Below, piece after piece: positions 1 through 10,230 of a stretch of 44,466 nt of DNA. Under the pieces are notes generated by a model, which ran no database searches, was not told the origin of the DNA, and saw only the letters and a program-made list of their open reading frames with translations. The first letter of the stretch is position 1. Every line of letters begins with the position of its first letter. The translations under genes were made by a program, and so were the position numbers. Source of the stretch: a virus; the IMG/VR virus record IMGVR_UViG_3300045988_053012, positions 1-44,466 of that record. One strand, given 5' to 3'.

Positions 1-119
1 ATTGATGGCCAAGATTGTACCGACATTGGGGACGATGCGTTGGCCGCCATTACGGAAAAGTTGAATGACGTTCCCGAAAGCGAATTGACCGCCCAATTGG
101 AAGCGGTCAAAAAAAAAAT
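1..119. repeat. Terminal direct repeat (left copy), identical to 44348..44466; circular-assembly overlap
   Basis: Base-by-base identity of 1-119 with 44348-44466, ending in the same A10 run. Confidence 0.95.
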
Positions 120-501
120 TGACGGGGAATTAACATTGTATTTCCCGGCCCTTTTCAACGATTCGGACGTGAAAGAATATTACGACATTTTACGCAAGCG
201 AACGTTGGAAATCTTGAACGGGATTGTGGCGGGGGTTGACGACCCGGCGGGTGCGGAAATCGTTGACAAATTGACGACGGCGTTAATTACCTATTCCAAC
301 CCGAAAATGTTTACCGGTTCCGATGGCGTGGAAATACAGTTTGACCGACAATTTGAAAACCTTTGTTTGGTATTGTCGGAACAATTGCACGTCGAACCCA
401 AGAAATATTCCGTTTTGGAATTTTACAACGCGTTCGATTTTGTCAAGGAAAGGGCGAAACAGGCGGAAAAGGCACAGAAACGGGCCAAATTTAAGCGATA
501 A
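1..501 (+). CDS. C-terminal part of a junction-spanning gene (continues from 44063..44466); tail assembly chaperone candidate by position
   Basis: Frame is open from base 1 (IDGQDCTD...) and matches the frame of the ORF opening at ATG 44063. Ends TAA 499-501, 75 nt before the tape-measure gene. Combined product is about 261 aa. Confidence 0.5.
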   Translation: MDGQDCTDIGDDALAAITEKLNDVPESELTAQLEAVKKKIDGELTLYFPALFNDSDVKEYYDILRKRTLEILNGIVAGVDDPAGAEIVDKLTTALITYSNPKMFTGSDGVEIQFDRQFENLCLVLSEQLHVEPKKYSVLEFYNAFDFVKERAKQAEKAQKRAKFKR

Positions 502-575
502 CAACCCGGGATGTGTAATTTATCATTTGAGAAACAAAATGCCGTTAAAACGGATTTTTAACGAAAATAAATATT

Positions 576-3500
576 ATGGACAATCCGAACCCAATTTATT
601 ACCGCGATTTGATTACGCCAGACGATTCGATAACCAATTTGATGGACCAATTGGACGAATTGATTACCAAGTACGACGGGGCAAAACAAAAAATACAGGG
701 AGCGGCCGCTGAAATTGCCAAGGGTATGCAAAACGTGTCCGGCGCAAGCGAAGAACAACGCAAAAACATTCAATTAGCAACCGAACAATCCGAAAAGTTG
801 GTTGCCGAATATCGTGACGTTACGACCGCCCAATGGAAAGTGACCCAAGCGTTTGCGGAAGCCGCCGCCGCCAAAAAGGAATCGGCCCAAATTGACAAAC
901 TGATTACCCAAATAAATACGTCGGTTGAGGGGTCATATAACAGGTTATCGGCCCAATACCGATTGAACAAAATACGTCTTAACGAGATGTCAACCGCCGA
1001 GCGTCAAGGTACAGAATCGGGCCGGGCGTTGGAAGCGGAAACCGCCGCCATTTATGAGGAAATGAAGCGGTTGCAAGAAGCGACCGGCAAACACCAATTG
1101 AACGTCGGCAATTATGGCGATGCGGCAAAAGGTCTGAAGATGGAATTAACGTCGTTGATTCAACAAATGGTGTTGTTGAAAACCAACGGGGAACAAAATT
1201 CGGAAGAATACCAAAAGATGGCCCAACGGGCGGGCGAATTGAAAGACGCGATGATGGGTGCGCAAAAAGAGGTTGTGGCGATGTCATCCGGTACCAAAAC
1301 GATGGACGCGACAATGGGCGCGGCATCCGCCGCGTCCGGCGGTATGGCGGCCGTTACGGGTACAATGGCGTTGATGGGTACAACATCCGAAACGGCAACT
1401 GAAGCGCAAAAGGATTTGGGCGGCGCAATCGGCATCGTTTCCGGATTGGCGGCTGTACAAAACGCGTTGCAAAGGGAATCCAACTTAATGACCGGTATTC
1501 GTACATTGCAAACAAAGGCGGCAACCAAAGCCGAACAGTTGGACGCGGCCGCCAAGAAAAAGAACATTGTCGCCACGACCGGCGCGACCATCGCGCAACG
1601 CTTATTCAATGCCGTTGCCGCCGCCAATCCTTATGTTCTTTTGGCAATCGCGTTGGTTACTGTTGTGGGCGCACTGGTAGCGTTTGCCGCCGGGGCCAAC
1701 AGGGCCGCAAAGGAACAAACCAAATTGAACAAAGCGACGGCCGCCCAATTGGACTATATGGAAGAATACGCCAAATCGGCAAGCCGGGTCAATAACGAAC
1801 GAATCCAAGCGTTGCAAAACGAATTGGATGTGGCCAAGGCCCGTAACGCGTCAATATCAGAAACCTGGGCGTTGGAAGATGAAATTTACAACGAACGCGT
1901 CAAGGCCCACGACAAACAAATGAAAATATATGGCGAACAGGTTGCCGGATTGGAAGCGAACCGCGCCAAGGTTGAGCAATTGCGAAAAACGCTTTTGGAA
2001 TTGCAACAGGCCCAAGCCGCCGGAAAGAATCGTTTGCGCGTGGATGTTGATTTGGACGGAAAGGTTGAGAACACAAAGATTGAAAAAGCAATTGAAGCTG
2101 TACAAGGCCAAATTGACAATTACGGCCGTTCCGTTCAAATTGCCGTTGACTTGCAAACAGAGGGTGCGCAAATTTCCACGGACCGCGCCGCACAATTGGC
2201 CCAACGCCGCAAGGAATCACAAGATATTGCCAAGACTGAATTGGACGTGTTGCGTTCGTCGCAAGACGCCCGCATTGCGATAATAACCGATTCTTACAAG
2301 CGTGAATCCGTCCAATTGAAAGCAAACGCCCAACGCCAAATCCAAGACGTTCAAACACGGTTAAAGACCGAAACCAATTTGACCGTAAAGGCCCGCCGGG
2401 CTTTGAATGACCAAATAAAAGCCATTCAAGTAAAGTACAACCAAGATTTGCAAGATTTGCAAAACAAATATATGGCGTTGAACGTGGCCGCCATTCGGGA
2501 AACCGAGGACATCCAAATTGCGTTGATGGCGGACGGCGCGGAAAAGCAACGCCGCGAACTTGAAACGCAATATAAACGTCGTATCAACGATTTACAAACG
2601 GCCCTTGCGAACGAACGGGATTTGACCGCGACCCAACGGGACGAAATGATAAAGCAATTGGAACTGTATGGCAAACAATACCGTCAAGAACTTTCGAAAT
2701 TAAACGAACAAATTTCCGTTGACCAATTAAATGCCGATGCTGCCCGGATTCAATTGCAATTGGACGCTACACGTGAGGGGTCCCAAGAACAGGTTGATTT
2801 GTCGATTGAGTTGTTAAAAAAACAACGCGACATTGAATTGGCGCAAAACGCCCAATTGAACGCCGATGTACGACAAAATGAAGCGGATATTAACAAGAAA
2901 TGGGACGCCATCATATTGAAGCAAACAACCGAATTAACGTCCAAGCGGGCGTTGGCGTTGTTGGATGCGCAACAGAAATTGGGCGCGTCGGAATTTGCTT
3001 TGTTAGATACCAACGAACGCCAAAAAACCCAATTCCAATTGCAACAGGAAAAGGAACGGTTGCAAAAGATATTAGAATTGGACGACGCCGCCGGATTGAA
3101 AATGACCGAACAGGAACGAAAGGCGATTGAAAACACGATTGCGGCCATTGAAAAAGAATCCAAGAAATTGCCATACAACAATATGTATGAATTGTTGGGT
3201 ATTGGTTTGGATTCGGAACAACAGGACGCATTGAATACGGCCATTGATTCTGTAAAAGAATCCATCGGGTCGTTGGTTGATTCTTGGAACGCGGCGGCGG
3301 AAGCGGCCGTTAATGCGGCGAACGCCCAAGTTGATGCCGCGCAACGCACGTTGGACGCCGAAATTGAAGCCCGGAACGCCGGGTATGCCAATGAGGTAAC
3401 GACCGCGCAAAAGGAATTGGACTTGGCAAAGAAAAACCAAGATATGGCAATTAAGGAAAAGCAAAAGGCGCAAAAGGCCCAATTGGCTATTGATACAATA

Positions 3501-4070
3501 ACACAAACGTCGTCGTTGATTACGGCAAGCGCAAATATTTGGTCAGGATTTACGGCAATACAACCCGCGCCTTTGGGCTTGGCTTTAGCAATTGCGGCAT
3601 TGGCAACATTGTGGGGGTCTTTTGCTGTTTCAAAAGTAAAGGCCGCACAAGTTGCGGGCGTATCGGAAGCGTATGGCGACGGTACGGTTGAACTGTTGCA
3701 AGGCGGTTCCCACGCAAGCGGCCACGACATTGACTTGGGGACAAAGCCGGACGGAACCCGACGCCGGGCAGAGGGCGGCGAATACTTTGCCGTCATTAAC
3801 AAGCGAAATTCCCGCCGTTATGGCCATTTGATTCCGGACGTAATCAATGCTTTTAACAATGGCACGTTTGCGGACAAATACCAACGCGCAAATGCCGCAA
3901 TGGGCGGTTATGCCGTTGGTTTGGTTGGCGGCGGAAATACGGATGTTTCCGGGCTTGAAAAGGACGTTGCCGCAATCCGCCAACAGGGCGACCGCACCCA
4001 ATACGTGGACGGCCAAGGAAACACCGTTATTCGGTACAAGAATTTGACCCGCAAGATTTATAAAAACTAA
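576..4070 (+). CDS. Tail length tape measure protein
   Basis: 1164 aa and the largest ORF. Long Q/A/E/K-rich coiled coil. Gly/Ala-rich hydrophobic segments (PYVLLAIALVTVVGALVAFAAGA, PAPLGLALAIAALATLWGSFAV). Lies between the chaperone-position gene and the tail-tip genes. Confidence 0.9.
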   Translation: MDNPNPIYYRDLITPDDSITNLMDQLDELITKYDGAKQKIQGAAAEIAKGMQNVSGASEEQRKNIQLATEQSEKLVAEYRDVTTAQWKVTQAFAEAAAAKKESAQIDKLITQINTSVEGSYNRLSAQYRLNKIRLNEMSTAERQGTESGRALEAETAAIYEEMKRLQEATGKHQLNVGNYGDAAKGLKMELTSLIQQMVLLKTNGEQNSEEYQKMAQRAGELKDAMMGAQKEVVAMSSGTKTMDATMGAASAASGGMAAVTGTMALMGTTSETATEAQKDLGGAIGIVSGLAAVQNALQRESNLMTGIRTLQTKAATKAEQLDAAAKKKNIVATTGATIAQRLFNAVAAANPYVLLAIALVTVVGALVAFAAGANRAAKEQTKLNKATAAQLDYMEEYAKSASRVNNERIQALQNELDVAKARNASISETWALEDEIYNERVKAHDKQMKIYGEQVAGLEANRAKVEQLRKTLLELQQAQAAGKNRLRVDVDLDGKVENTKIEKAIEAVQGQIDNYGRSVQIAVDLQTEGAQISTDRAAQLAQRRKESQDIAKTELDVLRSSQDARIAIITDSYKRESVQLKANAQRQIQDVQTRLKTETNLTVKARRALNDQIKAIQVKYNQDLQDLQNKYMALNVAAIRETEDIQIALMADGAEKQRRELETQYKRRINDLQTALANERDLTATQRDEMIKQLELYGKQYRQELSKLNEQISVDQLNADAARIQLQLDATREGSQEQVDLSIELLKKQRDIELAQNAQLNADVRQNEADINKKWDAIILKQTTELTSKRALALLDAQQKLGASEFALLDTNERQKTQFQLQQEKERLQKILELDDAAGLKMTEQERKAIENTIAAIEKESKKLPYNNMYELLGIGLDSEQQDALNTAIDSVKESIGSLVDSWNAAAEAAVNAANAQVDAAQRTLDAEIEARNAGYANEVTTAQKELDLAKKNQDMAIKEKQKAQKAQLAIDTITQTSSLITASANIWSGFTAIQPAPLGLALAIAALATLWGSFAVSKVKAAQVAGVSEAYGDGTVELLQGGSHASGHDIDLGTKPDGTRRRAEGGEYFAVINKRNSRRYGHLIPDVINAFNNGTFADKYQRANAAMGGYAVGLVGGGNTDVSGLEKDVAAIRQQGDRTQYVDGQGNTVIRYKNLTRKIYKN

Positions 4071-4077
4071 ATAAAAA

Positions 4078-6528
4078 ATGAACCCGATTTATAGGTTTCA
4101 ACTTTCCGCCGGAAATGATACCCGCCAAGCGTTCCCCGTGTATAAGGACGATTTGGCAATTGATTACGCGTTGGAACAGAACCAAGAATTTTACCGGGGC
4201 AAACTGTCCGGCAAATTGACGTTCCAAAAAGACGATTACTTGTTTATTCGGTCAAAGGCGTTCGACACGCAATTTGACATTGTAATATCTATTTCATACG
4301 ATGGCGGCCAAACGTGGGCCGTCTATTGGTCCGGGCAATTTTGGAAAACCGATTGCGCATTTAATGAGGACGACCAAACCGCGATTGTGACGCCGAACGT
4401 AAACGACCGTTACAACGTGATTTTGGCTGGTATGGATAAGGAATACAATTTGATTGATTTGGCCCCGGTAATTCAACCCGTCAAGTTGGATAAACGGCCA
4501 ATGATTCAAGTTTACGTCCCGGGCCAAACGGTTATCGGTTGTTTCCTTTCTGGTATGTGGTGGGAACAAGAATGTGACGCCGTGACAAGTGAAAGCGCAT
4601 TGAAAGACACATACCATTTTTCCAAGAACAAAACGGCCCGAATTGTAGAGGTAACACAACAGGGAACCCCAACTATCCCGGAAATATACTTTGGCGAACC
4701 GTATTCCGGAACCGGCACAACGGAATACACAAAAGACGGATACAAGTTTTTACATAGTTACTATCGTGCAACTAGTGCTACGTTCGAAAAGTTCCAAATC
4801 GTTCGTATTTCAGACGGTATGGTAATGTGGCAAGCAATTTTCGGCAATCAAAAACCACAGACATACCCGATTGAAATTGAATTGGCCCCAAATTCGGACG
4901 CGGGCGCGTCGGGAACTGTTAAATTATACATTCACGACACGTCGGTATTTGCGCGATATGTAACAGACGTTGAACGGGCATTGGAATTGGATACATATCC
5001 CATTCCGAATGACGATATTGTCGAAAACAACCGTAATTATTCCCGTGTAATTGGTTATTATTTCCCGAATACGATTTGGATTTCGGATTACCTTACAACG
5101 ACACCAACAAAATGGGGCATATATCAACCCGGATTGTATTATGACCCCGGAATACCCGCAACCGCTGGTTTTGGCGACGCGTACCCAATTGCCCGGACGG
5201 CGTGGTCCCGCATATCGTTTTGGTTCGTCTTTGACGTATTCGATTGGATAACGGAACAACATTGGCGCAAGGAATACACGTTAAAAGATGCGTTCCCGAT
5301 TTGGTCTGTTATATCGGTTTTGTTGGCAAAGATTGCGCCCGGAATTACACACGACGAAACAACGGATTATTCCCAATTCCTGTATGATGATACCAACCCA
5401 ATTACAGGTATTAAACAACGGTTGTTCATTACGCCAAAATCAAATGTCATTTCGTCCGGTTATGACCAACCGGCACAAAAGGCCCCGATAACATTAAAAC
5501 GCATTACGGATATGTTGCGCGATTGTTTCCGTTGTTATTGGTTCGTTGATAAACAAAACCGGTTCTGTATCGAGCATATATCGTATTTTATGCGCGGCGG
5601 TACATATATGGGAGAACCTCTTGTTGGAATAAATTTGACGAAACAGATTGTGACCCGGAACGGAAAACCGTGGGCGTATGCCCGCAACCAATACGAATTT
5701 GACAAACCGGAAATGGCGGCCCGTTATCAATTCGGATGGATGGACGATGTTACGGAACTTTTCGACGGATACCCGATAGATATTATTTCCAAGTACGTTA
5801 CCCCGGACAACATCGAACAAATTGATGTGTCGCAATTTACGTCCGACGTGGATTATATCTTGTTGAATCCCGGCGAAATATCCAAAGATGGCTTCGTATT
5901 GCTTGCCGGAAAGAATGAAAATTATTTGGAAGAACCAATTACGAAAAGCGGTACGCCAACGTCTGGAATTATATTTAATGAAATTGACTTGCGTCAATTC
6001 CTTGGGCAAACGATAACGATAAATATTCAGAGCTCGTCAGGAAATACAAAAATTGCGCAATCGGATGCGATTGCAGAACTTGAAGAAATCGGTACGATTG
6101 AACAGGCAAACACGATATATTCATTTACGTTCAAGGTTACGCAAATGTTTATTATAATGTATAATTCTGTAACGAATTTCACCGGAACGTTGAATGCAAT
6201 ATATGGCATTACGTACAAATTGCCGTATGTTAATTTTGACTTGGATGGAACGGACCATATTTTGCAAAATGCGTGGGTTTCATTTATGTTCTTGCAACGG
6301 TATTATATGTTCGATATGCCAGCGAGGAATGTGGAAATAAATGGCGTTGAACAAGTGGTGCAAGGCATTAAAAAGTTGAAAACACAAACCATCAAATTCC
6401 CGGTCTTAAAGGAACCGGATATGTTCAATTTAATTAAAACGGGACTTGGCAACGGGACAATTCAGAAAATGTCCGTAAATTTGTCGTCAAGGAACGCAAA
6501 CACGACGTTAAAGTATGATACCGAATAA
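4078..6528 (+). CDS. Tail structural protein (distal-tail / tail-tip position)
   Basis: 816-aa ORF starting 8 nt after the tape-measure stop. Assignment by synteny only; I recognise no named motif. Confidence 0.45.
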   Translation: MNPIYRFQLSAGNDTRQAFPVYKDDLAIDYALEQNQEFYRGKLSGKLTFQKDDYLFIRSKAFDTQFDIVISISYDGGQTWAVYWSGQFWKTDCAFNEDDQTAIVTPNVNDRYNVILAGMDKEYNLIDLAPVIQPVKLDKRPMIQVYVPGQTVIGCFLSGMWWEQECDAVTSESALKDTYHFSKNKTARIVEVTQQGTPTIPEIYFGEPYSGTGTTEYTKDGYKFLHSYYRATSATFEKFQIVRISDGMVMWQAIFGNQKPQTYPIEIELAPNSDAGASGTVKLYIHDTSVFARYVTDVERALELDTYPIPNDDIVENNRNYSRVIGYYFPNTIWISDYLTTTPTKWGIYQPGLYYDPGIPATAGFGDAYPIARTAWSRISFWFVFDVFDWITEQHWRKEYTLKDAFPIWSVISVLLAKIAPGITHDETTDYSQFLYDDTNPITGIKQRLFITPKSNVISSGYDQPAQKAPITLKRITDMLRDCFRCYWFVDKQNRFCIEHISYFMRGGTYMGEPLVGINLTKQIVTRNGKPWAYARNQYEFDKPEMAARYQFGWMDDVTELFDGYPIDIISKYVTPDNIEQIDVSQFTSDVDYILLNPGEISKDGFVLLAGKNENYLEEPITKSGTPTSGIIFNEIDLRQFLGQTITINIQSSSGNTKIAQSDAIAELEEIGTIEQANTIYSFTFKVTQMFIIMYNSVTNFTGTLNAIYGITYKLPYVNFDLDGTDHILQNAWVSFMFLQRYYMFDMPARNVEINGVEQVVQGIKKLKTQTIKFPVLKEPDMFNLIKTGLGNGTIQKMSVNLSSRNANTTLKYDTE

Positions 6529-7732
6529 CAATTTATCCGTATTGCCGTGGTACACATCCATTGAGCAACAGAATGCCCGGAAATGGTGGATATACAACAG
6601 GATTTACCCGTTATTTACCCCGGCGGGGTTCCTGTTGCCATTTCAGTTGATACGCGACCACCGTACATCGGAAATTCAAACCCGTTTGTATTCCGACGAT
6701 GGGGACGTAGGATATTTGACCGCGCAAGGGGATTGGAAACAGGACGTGACAACCGGATTATGGGTTGACCAATTCGACAACATAACCGGCAACAAAGTTT
6801 ATTTGTCCGAGGTTCCCGCGCCATATACAGGCGGTGTAATGGCCGTTGCGTATGATTCAGGCGAAACGCAAGTATTGGGAACATTCAACCCGTCCATTGG
6901 GCAAAACGAATCATATACCGGTATATGGAATTTGCCGGCCGGAACACGGTCGATTTGTGTACAGGTAAGGAACGCAAATGCCAGCAAATATTCGGGCGAA
7001 ATATATTCTTTTACGGAAATCGTGCGCCCCGTTGAAATGCTCAAAATATACACAAAAACCGGCGAATTAGTGGGCGATTATAGCGTTCGAATTGACGAAT
7101 TTGGATTTGCCGTTAAACCATTTGTTGCCGAGGGTTACGACGTAATCGTTTATGGCGGGCAATTGCCGAGGTTTCCTCAAATGGAAAATGGACAATATTA
7201 CATTGAATTGGGCGATGGCGTGCAAACGTGGTATTCCGAGGTGTTCACGGTTGTAAATGACATTTCCGGTTATCTTAAATTGGAATGGTGGGATGTTGAG
7301 GATTTCCGAATGGATGCCGGTACAATTGTTTACAAATATACGAATGGTACGCAATTTCGGAATGTCTTGTATTTACAAGCGGATATTGCCAAGCCGGAAT
7401 ATCCGTTTGAAGAAGAGGGCGAAACCCGGGATGGTTACTTTTTCCCGATAAAACAGATTTCCGAAAAACATTACCGGTTTTCATTCCTTGCGTCCGAATA
7501 CCTGTTGGATGTAATGCGGTTTATTAGGATGGCCGATTACGCGCACATTGAAAAGAACGGCCAAATTTACAATCTTGACACGTTCTTAATTACGCCCGAT
7601 TGGGAAGATAATGGCGACGTGGCCGCCGTGGAAGCCGAATTTGATACGGCAACCGTTGCAAAGAAAATCGGCCGTGGTTATGTTCAACCAACAGGCGATT
7701 TTAACAAAGATTTCAACAACGATTATAGTTAA
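6515..7732 (+). CDS. Tail/baseplate structural protein (hypothetical)
   Basis: 405 aa; overlaps the upstream gene by 14 nt; sits in the tail module. C-terminal DFNKDFNNDY motif is shared with 40718..42076. Confidence 0.4.
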   Translation: MIPNNNLSVLPWYTSIEQQNARKWWIYNRIYPLFTPAGFLLPFQLIRDHRTSEIQTRLYSDDGDVGYLTAQGDWKQDVTTGLWVDQFDNITGNKVYLSEVPAPYTGGVMAVAYDSGETQVLGTFNPSIGQNESYTGIWNLPAGTRSICVQVRNANASKYSGEIYSFTEIVRPVEMLKIYTKTGELVGDYSVRIDEFGFAVKPFVAEGYDVIVYGGQLPRFPQMENGQYYIELGDGVQTWYSEVFTVVNDISGYLKLEWWDVEDFRMDAGTIVYKYTNGTQFRNVLYLQADIAKPEYPFEEEGETRDGYFFPIKQISEKHYRFSFLASEYLLDVMRFIRMADYAHIEKNGQIYNLDTFLITPDWEDNGDVAAVEAEFDTATVAKKIGRGYVQPTGDFNKDFNNDYS

Positions 7733-7752
7733 GTATTTAATGTGTTTTAATT

Positions 7753-9045
7753 ATGGCTAATAACGAATTGTTAAAGGCTTCGATTCGTAGTGCAATCAAA
7801 GCAAATGGCAATGAAGAAATTACGGGTGATATATTGCAACAAACATTGGTGGCGATTGTGGATGCGTTGGGAAAGGGCTATCAATTCATGGGTGCCGCGA
7901 TACCCGGTACAGTTCCGGGTATACCAGACCAAAAAGTCTGTTATTTGGCGATGGAAAAAGGAGTATATCCTAATTTCAATGCTTTAGAAGTTGGGGAACA
8001 CGAAATTGCAATTATGATGTATGATAGCCGATGGTGGGGCATTACTATCCCGTCCAATGTTCCGGATGTAAATGCCGTAAGCTATCTTAAACAGTGGCAT
8101 TCCAATGATGAAAAAGCGCAAGCACGTAATAATATAGGTATTCCAGATTATGCTACGTTTGATATTGTAGGGCAATTAGCGGTCAATCTCGGAGATGTCG
8201 TAAAATATGTTGACGCATTTGGTACCATATATAACGATGAACCTGGTGCTATAATAGTCAATTCAAATATTCTTGAAATTGATTTTTGCGGTGCGACGTT
8301 GGAAACTAGATATGGCATTAAAGGTCACGCAAGATGCAAGATTAAGAATTTAACTATTAAGATGACGGCTAACAATACCGCCATTGAGGGATTCGGCTAT
8401 GTGGAAAATGTATATGTGACAGCGGTTAGCACCCCGCATGTTGTAATTCCTTATGGCTTTAGGAATTGCGACCATTTGTATAATTGTAAGTGTGATGGAA
8501 ATGACCGCAGCAATGATAAAAGCGGTGCCGATACGGGATTTAGCTATTGTAATTATTTATTCCAATGCAGATATAGCGGTTGGCCAACTGAAGTTCATTG
8601 CATCGGATTCGAACATTGCAATTTTATTTCACAATGCTATATGAAGTATGGCTATTCAAATCTGACATTCAAGTATAGCCTTGGTACGAATCGACATGTT
8701 GAAAGTCTTATAGGTATTTCTTATAGCGGTGAAACACCGGTTTTCGAAACATTTGCAGATACTAGCCATATACGTATCGGCGATTACAATTTGGACAATT
8801 TCATTAAGCTAATATCGTCAAGTGGTGGAACGGGAAAAACGAAACTTTATGCGAAGCCGGATGATAAACCGGGTATGGCTACCGTTTTGATGGACACAAG
8901 CGTTGTAAATTTGGCAGTTGCGCGAAGAACGGCAACGGGAACGTTGAAAGCAAGAGACGCGAGCGATGAAGATGATGTGGTGACCTTGAAGCAGCTAAAC
9001 GCGGCCGTAAATGAGTTAAAGGCATTGATTGCGCAAATGGGTTAA
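7753..9045 (+). CDS. Tail fibre / receptor-binding protein candidate
   Basis: 430 aa; last large ORF of the tail module before the lysis genes. N-terminal LQQTLVAIVDALGKGYQFMGAAIPGT segment resembles fibre N-termini of Bacteroidota phages (from memory). Cys/His-rich centre; helical C-terminus. Confidence 0.5.
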   Translation: MANNELLKASIRSAIKANGNEEITGDILQQTLVAIVDALGKGYQFMGAAIPGTVPGIPDQKVCYLAMEKGVYPNFNALEVGEHEIAIMMYDSRWWGITIPSNVPDVNAVSYLKQWHSNDEKAQARNNIGIPDYATFDIVGQLAVNLGDVVKYVDAFGTIYNDEPGAIIVNSNILEIDFCGATLETRYGIKGHARCKIKNLTIKMTANNTAIEGFGYVENVYVTAVSTPHVVIPYGFRNCDHLYNCKCDGNDRSNDKSGADTGFSYCNYLFQCRYSGWPTEVHCIGFEHCNFISQCYMKYGYSNLTFKYSLGTNRHVESLIGISYSGETPVFETFADTSHIRIGDYNLDNFIKLISSSGGTGKTKLYAKPDDKPGMATVLMDTSVVNLAVARRTATGTLKARDASDEDDVVTLKQLNAAVNELKALIAQMG

Positions 9046-9058
9046 AGGCATTGATTGC
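9015..9058 (+). repeat. 18-bp perfect direct repeat (gttaaaggcattgattgc) x2, period 26, straddling the fibre-gene stop
   Basis: Copies at 9015-9032 and 9041-9058. The stop codon TAA 9043-9045 lies inside copy 2. Confidence 0.9.
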
Positions 9059-9072
9059 AAAATAGTATCGGT

Positions 9073-9555
9073 ATGTATAATATATATCAAGAAAAGATTG
9101 TTTCCGGCTTAATTGCTGGTGCAATGGGTGTCTTATGCGAATCATTATTCCCGTTATTCGTTTGTGTCGTAATTTTTGAAATTGTGGATTTTACGACCGG
9201 AGTATGGAAATCGGCAGTCGTATCTCGCAGGAACGGCGAACATTTTGCCTTTGAATCAATAAAGGCGTGGCGCACGATATATAAGGTTGTGTTCATCATG
9301 GTAGGAATAATCCTTGCGGAAATGCTAGATGCGGCGTTGTGTAAAGAACGATTGCGATTGGCGAATTTCTTTGCCGCTTTTGCGTGCGGTGTGGAGTTTT
9401 GGTCGTTTTTGGAAAATGCCGCCGTAATATCGAATCATCCAATATTCCGCTGGCTTCGTAAGTTCATGCGGCATAAAGTGGAGGACACAATAGGCGAAAA
9501 ATTCGAGCAGACGTTTGTTCAAGGTTCCGGAAAAGAATCAATTGAAAAAGAATGA
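9073..9555 (+). CDS. Holin (phage_holin_4-like, three TM segments)
   Basis: Hydrophobic helices LIAGAMGVLCESLFPLFVCVVIF, IYKVVFIMVGIILAEML and LANFFAAFACGVEFWSFL. Directly upstream of the amidase. ATG 9073 preferred over the in-frame TTG 9055 used by the track. Confidence 0.65.
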   Translation: MYNIYQEKIVSGLIAGAMGVLCESLFPLFVCVVIFEIVDFTTGVWKSAVVSRRNGEHFAFESIKAWRTIYKVVFIMVGIILAEMLDAALCKERLRLANFFAAFACGVEFWSFLENAAVISNHPIFRWLRKFMRHKVEDTIGEKFEQTFVQGSGKESIEKE

Positions 9556-9565
9556 GTAATTAACC

Positions 9566-9587
9566 GGGGGCGGTTTCGGCCGCCCCT
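9566..9587 (+). other. GC-rich stem-loop between holin and endolysin (weak terminator or attenuator)
   Basis: GGGGGCGG / tttcgg / CCGCCCCC, followed by only TTT. Confidence 0.4.
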
Positions 9588-9604
9588 TTAACCCTTTACG
9601 AAAA

Positions 9605-10180
9605 ATGGATAATATCATATTATTAGATAATGGTCACGGCCAAGAAACGCCCGGCAAACGTTCGCCGGTGTGGAAAGACGGCCGGCAACTATTCGAATGG
9701 GAATTTAACCGCGATATGGTACGCCGTATCATATTGAAATGTTCCCACGCCGGAATACGTGCGGTCAAGTTGGTGCCGGAAACGTTCGACGTATCGTTGG
9801 AAGAACGTTGCAAGCGTGCCAACCTGTGGTTTGACCGATGCGGTGGCAATTGCGTTGTTGTGAGCATCCACGCCAACGCCGGCGGCGGAACCGGCTTTGA
9901 GGTGTACACGTCGCCCGGACAAACACAGGCCGACCCGATTGCAACAAAGTTGATTGAGCGATTGCAACAGGATTTCCCCGAAATCAAAATGCGTAAGGAT
10001 ATGGCCGACGGCGACCCCGATAAGGAATCCGGGTTTTATATCCTCAAACACACGAAAGCCCCGGCAATATTGGTTGAAAACCTGTTTATGGATACTGAAA
10101 GCGATTGCCGGTTGTTGATGGCCGAGGATTTCCGCGACAAATTGGCGGATTCGTATGTTGAATTTATTAAAAAACTGTAA
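9605..10180 (+). CDS. Endolysin, N-acetylmuramoyl-L-alanine amidase (Amidase_3)
   Basis: 191 aa with LDNGHG, SIHANAGGG, GFEVYTS and APAILVENLFMD motifs. Follows the holin. Confidence 0.9.
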   Translation: MDNIILLDNGHGQETPGKRSPVWKDGRQLFEWEFNRDMVRRIILKCSHAGIRAVKLVPETFDVSLEERCKRANLWFDRCGGNCVVVSIHANAGGGTGFEVYTSPGQTQADPIATKLIERLQQDFPEIKMRKDMADGDPDKESGFYILKHTKAPAILVENLFMDTESDCRLLMAEDFRDKLADSYVEFIKKL

Positions 10181-10230
10181 TTATATGCCCTATTGGGGCG
10201 AAAACAAATTATTTATAACTATTAAAAATT

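Noticed and set aside
323-712. The + strand ORF overlapping the chaperone-position gene and the tape-measure start, considered as a G/GT-type frameshift extension.
   Set aside because: It is in the +1, not the -1, frame. Its translation is arginine/asparagine-rich junk (RKGRNRRKRHRN...) and it runs into the tape-measure start. No slippery heptamer lies at a sensible position.
7753-9045. A diversity-generating retroelement or hypervariable region in the fibre gene.
   Set aside because: There is no reverse transcriptase anywhere in the genome and no template/variable repeat pair. Only the 18-bp duplication at the stop codon is present.
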